Of a stretch of 35,379 bases of DNA, positions 16,926-23,438 are shown piece after piece. Both the position numbers and the translations under genes were made by a program. The DNA lies in NCBI GenBank assembly GCA_002771355.1, contig PCSU01000039.1, forward strand, positions 1 to 35,379. The letters run 5' to 3'. The notes beneath the pieces were generated by a model that saw only the letters and a list, made by a program, of their open reading frames with translations, made no database searches and was not told the origin of the DNA. This stretch comes from a candidate division WWE3 bacterium CG22_combo_CG10-13_8_21_14_all_39_12. GTDB lineage: Bacteria > Patescibacteriota > 4484-211 > GCA-002791395. How positions within the stretch are numbered: position 1 is the stretch's first letter; each line of letters opens with the position of its first letter.

Positions 16926-16931
16926 ATTATA
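16926..16931 (-). promoter_or_regulatory. -10 box TATAAT for the zinc-ribbon gene (about 45-nt SD-containing leader)
   Basis: The minus strand reads TATAGTATAATgacatt. Confidence 0.35.
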
Positions 16932-16982
16932 CTATAACGTATTTGATTTTAGCTCTACACATAAGCCTTTCTATAAAACATT

Positions 16983-17011
16983 TTGACAATCACACCAAAC
17001 CCACTTATTAT
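16983..17011 (+). promoter_or_regulatory. promoter TTGACA-17-TATTAT, 11 nt upstream of the DUF2207 ATG
   Basis: A consensus -35 box is at 16983-16988 and the -10 box is at 17006-17011. The ATG is at 17023. Confidence 0.5.
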
Positions 17012-17022
17012 TGGATAAAGAA

Positions 17023-18870
17023 ATGAAACAGATATTTTATAGTTTTCTCCTTACGCTTGCGGTCACCCTTTTTATACCTTCTTCTGTTGAAGCAAAATCA
17101 TACTCTATTACCCAAGACATCTTTGAACTTAAGATCCAGAAAGATGGATCTGTGGAGGTTATTGAACAATTGACATATGACTTTGACGGAAGCTTTAGTT
17201 GGGCCGAAATGTACATTCCAACCACCAAGGATTCCCGTAAGACACCTATCTCAAATTTCACAATAACTACAACTGATGGAACGCCCATCACCATTAATAG
17301 TGCAGCTCAAGGATACGAAGATTTTTATGCAAACTGGTCTTATACTGCCAAAGATGAACAAAAAACGTTTGTAATTCGGTATAGTATTGAAAATGCTGTA
17401 AGAACCTACACCAATGTTTCTGAATTGTACTGGAAAATAATCGGTCCTGATTGGGATGTTCCCCATAAGAATATTAAAGTAACAGTAACACTCCCTTCTC
17501 CTGCCCCTGCAACAAGTGATATCTATGTATTTGGACATGGTCCTTTAACCGGACAATCTGAAATAAAAGACAAACAAACCGTACTATTCACTGCAGATTC
17601 TGTTGCCTCAGGACAATTTATGGAAATTAGAACCATCTTCCCCTCAAACCTAGTTCCAGACTCAGTAGTTTCTGGCACCACTACTATAAATACGATCCTT
17701 GATGAAGAAAAAACATATGTTACGCAAACAATTAACGCAGCCAAATCAGCTCAACAAACTCAAACACTTATAGTTTTGTGGGCACTTATCTATGCTCCGC
17801 TTGCTCTCATTATCTGGTTTATCTGGTGGTACAAATTCTGGAAAAAAACTGGTGAAGAATACTCACTCCCAGATATCGAAAAATATATGAGAGATTTGCC
17901 ATCAAATAGAAACCCGGCAGAAGTAGACTCCTTTTTATCACAAGGCAATAAACCTAACGTAAGGGCCTTTACGGCAACGATTTTTAGTTTAGCACAAAAG
18001 GGTTTCATTGAAATCACCGATAAACCAATCCAAAAAACGGGATTCTTTGGTACTAAACAAACATATGACACCAGATTAAAACGAAAAACGGATGAAAATA
18101 TATCTACACTTGCGCCATACGAAAATGATGTCCTTACGTTTATCTTTACTACCGTTGAATCTTCACCTGACGGGATCCTCAAATCACTATTTGGAAAAGA
18201 ACCAAAAGAAACTAAAACGGACAATGAGGTTACGATGGACGAAATTAAAGACTGGCTCAAAAGTAACCCGACAAAATTTCAAACATGGTTCAAATCATGG
18301 GCCGAGTCCATACAAAAAATGAGTGAGGATGTTATCGAGCCCGAAAGTATACAAGCCAATAAAAAGGCATGGATTGGAACATTGATCTTTACATTTGTTG
18401 GCCTTAACCCTTTGATAATCGTATTTGGTTTGATTCTCAACAGCCATATAAAACGATGGAAACAAAACTTAGCCAAAGAAGCACTCCAATGGAAATCATT
18501 TAAAAAGTTTTTAGATGACTTTGCTTCCTTTAAGGAATTACCACCAGAAAGCTATAAACTGTGGGAACACTATTTAGTTTTTGGAATTTTGTTTGGAAAT
18601 GCGCAAGGGATAATAAAAATGCTTCCCGTTATTCTTGAAAACCCCAATGCATCGTATCCGCTGTGGTATCACATGACAACGATTAACGGAATTAGTGACA
18701 TGACCCATACGGCAAGTTCAATATCTCAACTCTCTAATTCACTCAATGTATTAACATCAGAATTAAATACTGCCTCAACTTCAGCTGCACACTATTCTTC
18801 AGGAAGTGGTGGCGGATTTTCGGGAGGAGGAGGGGGTGGCGGTGGCGGTGGCGGCGGTGGCGCAGGGTAA
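17023..18870 (+). CDS. DUF2207-type membrane protein with C-terminal poly-glycine tail
   Basis: Signal peptide MKQIFYSFLLTLAVTLFIPSSVEA, an extracytoplasmic domain, TM helices, and the C-terminus SGSGGGFSGGGGGGGGGGGGGAG typical of DUF2207. The track start is TTG at 17011. The ATG at 17023 is preferred. Confidence 0.7.
   Translation: MKQIFYSFLLTLAVTLFIPSSVEAKSYSITQDIFELKIQKDGSVEVIEQLTYDFDGSFSWAEMYIPTTKDSRKTPISNFTITTTDGTPITINSAAQGYEDFYANWSYTAKDEQKTFVIRYSIENAVRTYTNVSELYWKIIGPDWDVPHKNIKVTVTLPSPAPATSDIYVFGHGPLTGQSEIKDKQTVLFTADSVASGQFMEIRTIFPSNLVPDSVVSGTTTINTILDEEKTYVTQTINAAKSAQQTQTLIVLWALIYAPLALIIWFIWWYKFWKKTGEEYSLPDIEKYMRDLPSNRNPAEVDSFLSQGNKPNVRAFTATIFSLAQKGFIEITDKPIQKTGFFGTKQTYDTRLKRKTDENISTLAPYENDVLTFIFTTVESSPDGILKSLFGKEPKETKTDNEVTMDEIKDWLKSNPTKFQTWFKSWAESIQKMSEDVIEPESIQANKKAWIGTLIFTFVGLNPLIIVFGLILNSHIKRWKQNLAKEALQWKSFKKFLDDFASFKELPPESYKLWEHYLVFGILFGNAQGIIKMLPVILENPNASYPLWYHMTTINGISDMTHTASSISQLSNSLNVLTSELNTASTSAAHYSSGSGGGFSGGGGGGGGGGGGGAG
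18800..18867 (+). repeat. GGN simple-sequence tract encoding the poly-Gly tail
   Basis: ggaagtggtggcggattttcgggaggaggagggggtggcggtggcggtggcggcggtggcgcaggg. Confidence 0.8.
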
Positions 18871-18893
18871 CGAAAGACCTCATGTCTTTCGTT
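18869..18893 (+). terminator. perfect 10-bp hairpin directly after the DUF2207 stop (no U-tract)
   Basis: AACGAAAGAC-ctcat-GTCTTTCGTT. Confidence 0.4.
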
Positions 18894-18895
18894 AC

Positions 18896-18936
18896 GGAAG
18901 TGCCAAGTAAGGCACTTCCTGGAGTATTCAGTGGCT
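18896..18936 (+). repeat. copy 1 of a repeated hairpin element (29-nt exact core, about 41 nt with 3 mismatches)
   Basis: GGAAGTGCC-aagtaa-GGCACTTCC-TGGAG, then tatTCAGTGGCT. The exact reverse complement occurs at 21264-21292. Confidence 0.85.
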
Positions 18937-19001
18937 AGGAAGGATATCGTGGATATTCAGGCAAATGCGATTTTTACCAAACACAAGGTCTTGAGTTTTA
19001 C

Positions 19002-19436
19002 CTAATACTGAAAATACATACAAATATCATCACCATTTTGTGCGACATTGTATGAAGTTATTGTTCCATCAGGCCCAGCTGAACAAACGGAAGATTGATA
19101 AGCCCCACTCTCAGTATCAGGATGTCCATCATACAAATATCCTCGTCCCCATGGATCCAATGGAATAGACTCAACATATTCAGGAACAAGCCCACTTGCA
19201 TCCCACAAGGCAGTGGTAAAGATATTGCCTGAAGCATCTGCAGGTACGTTTGCCTGTTCTAAAACACGGTACCTTTTAATCGCATCAAACAATTCCTTGA
19301 TATCACTTTGAGCCTTCCCAACTCGAGAATTTTCGAGAGAACCTTGATAGCTCGCTATTCCAATGCCTGCTAACAAGCCGATGATAACAATTACGACCAA
19401 AAGTTCAATAAGCGTAAATCCTTTGAAACTGTGCAT
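19002..19436 (-). CDS. PulG/GspG-like type IV pilin or pseudopilin, paralog 1
   Basis: MHSFKG/FTLIELLVVIVIIGLLAGIGIA prepilin signal, DPWGRGYLYDG, SAGPDG, and GDDIC with a Cys pair. Confidence 0.85.
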   Translation of the reverse strand: MHSFKGFTLIELLVVIVIIGLLAGIGIASYQGSLENSRVGKAQSDIKELFDAIKRYRVLEQANVPADASGNIFTTALWDASGLVPEYVESIPLDPWGRGYLYDGHPDTESGAYQSSVCSAGPDGTITSYNVAQNGDDICMYFQY

Positions 19437-19442
19437 TTTTTA

Positions 19443-19448
19443 ACTATA
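19443..19448 (-). promoter_or_regulatory. -10 box TATAGT, 6 nt upstream of the pilin paralog 1 ATG
   Basis: The minus strand reads TATAGT-taaaaa-ATG. Confidence 0.35.
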
Positions 19449-19485
19449 ACTAACTATGCGCGTTTATAATAGGGTACGTAGAATA

Positions 19486-19914
19486 TTATTCGTAGTACTT
19501 ACAAATATCGTCACCATTTGGCACTACGTTGTGAGATGAAAAAGTCTGGTCAGGACCCGCAGAACACACTGAAGTTTGCCATTGCCCTGGTTCTGAAACT
19601 GGACTTCCATCATAAAAATACGGTGTCCCCCATGGGTCAACAGGAACACTTTCCAAGTACTCTGGAACTAGTCCAGTTGCTGCATCTTCCCACACAGCAA
19701 CGGTAGAAATATTGTTTGGTGGTGGCCAATGCCCTTCTAATACAGAGTACCGTTTGACCGCATCAAATAGCTCTTTTACATCACTTTGAGCCTTCCCTAT
19801 GCGAGATCTTTCGAGTGAACCTTGATAACTTGCAATACCAATCCCTGCCAATAAACCAATAATGACAATGACAACCAGAAGTTCAATAAGCGTAAATCCT
19901 TTGGGGCTGTGCAT
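19486..19914 (-). CDS. PulG/GspG-like type IV pilin or pseudopilin, paralog 2
   Basis: MHSPKG/FTLIELLVVIVIIGLLAGIGIA prepilin signal, DPWGTPYFYDG, SAGPDQ and GDDIC. About two thirds of residues are identical to paralog 1 by eye. Confidence 0.85.
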   Translation of the reverse strand: MHSPKGFTLIELLVVIVIIGLLAGIGIASYQGSLERSRIGKAQSDVKELFDAVKRYSVLEGHWPPPNNISTVAVWEDAATGLVPEYLESVPVDPWGTPYFYDGSPVSEPGQWQTSVCSAGPDQTFSSHNVVPNGDDICKYYE

Positions 19915-19920
19915 AAATTA

Positions 19921-19926
19921 ATTGTA
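19921..19926 (-). promoter_or_regulatory. -10 box TACAAT, 6 nt upstream of the pilin paralog 2 ATG
   Basis: The minus strand reads GATACAAT-taattt-ATG. Confidence 0.35.
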
Positions 19927-19949
19927 TCTTATATCCCGAGGAAAATCTA

Positions 19950-20420
19950 CTATATGCTTTTGTGGTAAGAAAACTGAACATACAGAGCATATATGACACT
20001 GCTCGTTAACATACCAATTAACGCACCAACAATGACGTCTATAGGGTAATGAACAAATAACAATACTCTTCCAACTGCAACCAAAACTGCAACTCCAAAC
20101 CACACCTTGCGATTTGTATAATTATGGAGCCACAGTGTTGTAGCAATTGCAAACGCAACAGCTGCATGTCCCGATGGAAAAGATGCATAAGGGTTAACAG
20201 GTAACGTTAGCAGCTCAGTACCCAATGCCTGGAATGGTCGTGCCACAGGAAAAAGATACTTAATGATCGATACCCCAGTCCATGCGACCAACCCAGAAAA
20301 AAACAATTCAATAAACGTGCGCTTATGAGGTAAAAATAACGTTTTTAATCCAACAAAATATAAAACAATAAGTAATATCTCTCCAAAAAAGAGTCCAACT
20401 ATCTGATACAGACTTATCAT
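19950..20420 (-). CDS. PAP2-family lipid phosphate phosphatase (BcrC/PgpB-like)
   Basis: The tripartite PAP2 motif is readable: K-x6-RP (KYLFPVARP), PSGH (SFPSGHAAVAF) and R-x5-H-x3-D (GRVLLFVHYPIDV). The ATG overlaps the uppP stop as ATGA. Confidence 0.8.
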   Translation of the reverse strand: MISLYQIVGLFFGEILLIVLYFVGLKTLFLPHKRTFIELFFSGLVAWTGVSIIKYLFPVARPFQALGTELLTLPVNPYASFPSGHAAVAFAIATTLWLHNYTNRKVWFGVAVLVAVGRVLLFVHYPIDVIVGALIGMLTSSVIYALYVQFSYHKSI

Positions 20421-21217
20421 GACACTAATAATAGTACAGAAACTGCTAGAGCCAAAACAATACGATACACAATGAAAATTTTAAGAGAATTGGTATTTAA
20501 GTATTTTAGCAACCAGTTAATTGCCCATACCGCAACGACAAACGTTACGATTCCTGCAATTCCAACAAAACCCCAATCCACATCTGGAGTTTGAACCAAG
20601 TCGACAAGTTTAAAAATACCTGCACCAAAAGTAATTGGTCCACCTAAAAGAAACGAAAACTTAGCAGCCACATGTCGAGGAAGTCCTCGAAACATACTCG
20701 CTGTAATGGTAACTCCCGATCGTGATGTACCTGGAATGAGTGCGATTGACTGAAACAGTCCAATAATAATTGCATCGAGCTCACCAATTTGTGAAAGGTT
20801 TTTGTCTGCTGTTTCTGACTGTCCAACAACTTTGACCTCTGTATAATTTTGCTCAACCCACCACATAAAAACTGCTACACCAATGAGCATGACAACAACA
20901 ACCCACGGGGAGCGTAAAACATCTTCAATGAGAGAGTCAAAAAGTAGTCCCAAACCTACGGCAGGAATAGAGGCAATAATTATTTTACGTAGTAACCTAC
21001 TCTTTTTCCATGACCGAAGCATGCTAAACCACTCCGCTCTAAAATAATAAAAAATCGCTAACGCAGTTGCTAAATGTAGCACCGCATCAACTGTGAGCCC
21101 TTGATCTTGCACATTAAAAATCTGAGGCAACAGTAACAAATGACCAGATGATGAAATAGGGAAAAACTCAGTTATCCCTTGAATTATTCCTAGTATTATT
21201 GCGTATACATAATCCAT
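20417..21217 (-). CDS. uppP: undecaprenyl-diphosphate phosphatase (BacA/UppP)
   Basis: 266 aa. The GITEFFPISSSGHL N-terminal motif and the PGTSRSG motif are characteristic of UppP. Confidence 0.9.
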   Translation of the reverse strand: MDYVYAIILGIIQGITEFFPISSSGHLLLLPQIFNVQDQGLTVDAVLHLATALAIFYYFRAEWFSMLRSWKKSRLLRKIIIASIPAVGLGLLFDSLIEDVLRSPWVVVVMLIGVAVFMWWVEQNYTEVKVVGQSETADKNLSQIGELDAIIIGLFQSIALIPGTSRSGVTITASMFRGLPRHVAAKFSFLLGGPITFGAGIFKLVDLVQTPDVDWGFVGIAGIVTFVVAVWAINWLLKYLNTNSLKIFIVYRIVLALAVSVLLLVS

Positions 21218-21224
21218 TGTCTTG

Positions 21225-21252
21225 ATTATAGCCCCTCACCTATCTCTCACAA
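21225..21252 (-). promoter_or_regulatory. promoter TTGTGA-16-TATAAT, 7 nt upstream of the uppP ATG
   Basis: A consensus -10 box is at 21225-21230 and the -35 box is at 21247-21252. The ATG is at 21217. Confidence 0.5.
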
Positions 21253-21292
21253 GCCACTGATCTCTCCAGGAAGTGCCTTACTTGGCACTTCC
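21252..21292 (-). repeat. copy 2 of the repeated hairpin element (inverted relative to copy 1)
   Basis: CTCCAGGAAGTGCCTTACTTGGCACTTCC at 21264-21292 is the exact reverse complement of 18896-18924. It begins 15 nt after the serS stop. Confidence 0.85.
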
Positions 21293-21307
21293 TTTCAGCC
21301 TACGACC

Positions 21308-22582
21308 TCACCCAATAACATCTTTCCCCACCCATTCCCTCAAAACTTCAGGAACGATTACACTGCCATCCTCCTGTTGATAGGTATCTAAAATGGCAGC
21401 AATTGGACGAGTGTTTGTTATTGCCGTTGCAGAAATAGTATGTGGGTATACCGTTTCACCATCCTTGTTTTTATAACGAATATTAAGACGCCTTGAGTGG
21501 TAGCTAGCAAGATCAGAGTTTGAATGTGTCTCCATCCACGTCTGTTGACTGGGGAGCCACACCTCAACATCCCACTTTCTATGGGTGGCAAGGCCTACAT
21601 CTCCTGTACACATCTCAAGTACATGATAGGTAAGTCCAAGCTCTTGTAATATTTCTTCTTCGATTTCTAAAGCCTCTTTCATATACGCTTGAGAAGTTTC
21701 AGGCGTTGTAAAATAGATCATTTCAACCTTATCAAATTGATGAACACGTTTTATTCCTCGCACATCCTTACCCCACGAACCAGCCTCAGATCTAAAACAT
21801 GATGAAACCCCAGCATACTTAATGGGAAGATTGTTACCATCAAGCATATCGTCCATATGATACGAAACAAGGGCCTGTTCAGATGTCCCTACAAGGAATC
21901 GACGCTGTTCATCTTCTATCGTCTCACCTTGTGTTAGTTCATAAACCTGGTCATTCTCAGCTGGAAAATATCCGGTTCCATACAAAGGCCGTGATTTCAC
22001 AATCACAGGTGGAATCATGAGGCTAAACCCACGCTGAGTAACTTTTTTAATTGCAAAACTCATCAACCCCCAATGAAGTAATGCTGCATCGCCTTTAAGA
22101 AAGCTAAAGCGAGAGCCTGAGATCTCACCACTTTTGGTTACATCAATTAAATCTAAACGTTCACCGATGTCAAGATGTGACTGAGCGTCAAAATTGAATA
22201 TTTTCTTTTCTCCCCATACCTTTATCTCCTTGTTTCCTGACTCATCTGACCCAATTGGCATGCTTTCATGAGTAATATTTGGAAACCAATCCATATGTAA
22301 TTGCCATTTCTGGTCAACAACACGAAGATTATCTTCGATTTCTTTGATCTGTTCTTTTACCTTCCTACCTTTCTCAATTTCTTCAGAAGATGGTTTTTGT
22401 GTTTTTTGTGCACCGATATTCCTTAAGGCACGTAACTTCTCGACCTCTGTTGTTAGCTCACTTCGTTTTTTATCAAGTTCAAGGAAAGCATCAACATCAA
22501 ACTGTTCGCCTTTAAGATTACGATTTGTAATATTTTGTTTTAAGACCTCTGGATTGTTACGAATAAATGAAATGTCTAACAT
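21308..22582 (-). CDS. serS: serine--tRNA ligase
   Basis: 424 aa with an MLDISFIRNNPE N-terminal coiled-coil arm and a class II core (FRSEAGSWGKDVRGIKRVHQFDKVE). Confidence 0.95.
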   Translation of the reverse strand: MLDISFIRNNPEVLKQNITNRNLKGEQFDVDAFLELDKKRSELTTEVEKLRALRNIGAQKTQKPSSEEIEKGRKVKEQIKEIEDNLRVVDQKWQLHMDWFPNITHESMPIGSDESGNKEIKVWGEKKIFNFDAQSHLDIGERLDLIDVTKSGEISGSRFSFLKGDAALLHWGLMSFAIKKVTQRGFSLMIPPVIVKSRPLYGTGYFPAENDQVYELTQGETIEDEQRRFLVGTSEQALVSYHMDDMLDGNNLPIKYAGVSSCFRSEAGSWGKDVRGIKRVHQFDKVEMIYFTTPETSQAYMKEALEIEEEILQELGLTYHVLEMCTGDVGLATHRKWDVEVWLPSQQTWMETHSNSDLASYHSRRLNIRYKNKDGETVYPHTISATAITNTRPIAAILDTYQQEDGSVIVPEVLREWVGKDVIG

Positions 22583-22599
22583 ATTTTATGCTATTCCAG

Positions 22600-23349
22600 T
22601 TACGACGTGGATGACCCAACTGCCTCAAGAATATACACTTTAATAAACATAAATACAATACCAACAGCCAACAAAACTCCGTATAACGGCGTCTTTGCAA
22701 TTACCCATCCATAAAGACTCCCGAGAATTGAAAGTGCCAATAATCCATTTCCAAGATTAATACTAAAAGACTTAAAAAAATGCCACACTTTTGCTATACC
22801 TTTTGAGGAATCATACACACTCACATGCTGTAACATCAAATCAGCCTTTGGTAACTCATCTTTTATTACCTCGATTACAAAAGCAAAACTCTCATCTGTT
22901 GAAACTAACTTAATATTCTCTGGATCATAAAATGGTGGTGCTACATAATGATTTTTTATTGCTCGAATAATAAATGACCCTGGGTTTACATTAAAACCAT
23001 ACTGCCCTAACCTGTTTGAAAATGTGACTTTTATGACTTCTTTGCTATCTTTATCCAAAAGCTCAACAGCTGCAAGTGGAATAATGTTTTTTGACACTGT
23101 TTCGCTACACAAACCCCAAACCGGTGTGTTACGTGCCAGACGAAAATCTGACAACAATTCATGAAGCAAAAAAGCGGGAAGATTCCAATAATACTTAAGA
23201 GGTAATCGTATCTCCACAAGTAAAATAGCAAACCCAAATGCTAAACCCACTAACACAACTAGTAATAATCGTTCTTCAACGAATGAAACAAGCGTGGGAT
23301 CAGATTGTAAAGCCTCTAGAAATTCAAAAACCCCTTGTATTATCTGCAT
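22600..23349 (-). CDS. hypothetical membrane protein with a carboxypeptidase-regulatory-like beta-sandwich segment
   Basis: 249 aa with TM helices at both ends. The middle segment (IPLAAVELLDKDSKEVIKVTFSNRLGQYGFNVNPGSFIIRAIKNHY) resembles CarboxypepD_reg-type folds. This is a weak assignment. Confidence 0.5.
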   Translation of the reverse strand: MQIIQGVFEFLEALQSDPTLVSFVEERLLLVVLVGLAFGFAILLVEIRLPLKYYWNLPAFLLHELLSDFRLARNTPVWGLCSETVSKNIIPLAAVELLDKDSKEVIKVTFSNRLGQYGFNVNPGSFIIRAIKNHYVAPPFYDPENIKLVSTDESFAFVIEVIKDELPKADLMLQHVSVYDSSKGIAKVWHFFKSFSINLGNGLLALSILGSLYGWVIAKTPLYGVLLAVGIVFMFIKVYILEAVGSSTS

Positions 23350-23358
23350 ACTACCGTA

Positions 23359-23367
23359 ATGATATCA
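23359..23367 (-). promoter_or_regulatory. extended -10 box TGaTATCAT, 9 nt upstream of the 249-aa protein ATG
   Basis: The minus strand reads ATGATATCAT-tacggtagt-ATG. Confidence 0.4.
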
Positions 23368-23423
23368 TAATATCCCGTCTAAATAGACAGGCAAAGATTG
23401 CAGTAAAAGAATTGATCCCCCTT

Positions 23424-23432
23424 TGCTATAAT
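23424..23432 (+). promoter_or_regulatory. extended -10 box TGcTATAAT, 6 nt upstream of the lysS ATG
   Basis: The plus strand reads ttTGcTATAAT-gacatt-ATG, with the ATG at 23439. Confidence 0.5.
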
Positions 23433-23438
23433 GACATT

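Noticed and set aside
18800-18867. GGN tract as a phase-variation (slipped-strand) switch in the DUF2207 gene
   Set aside because: The tract mixes GGT, GGC, GGA and GGG codons rather than forming a homopolymer or perfect microsatellite. A glycine tail is a normal family feature, so there is no specific evidence for switching.
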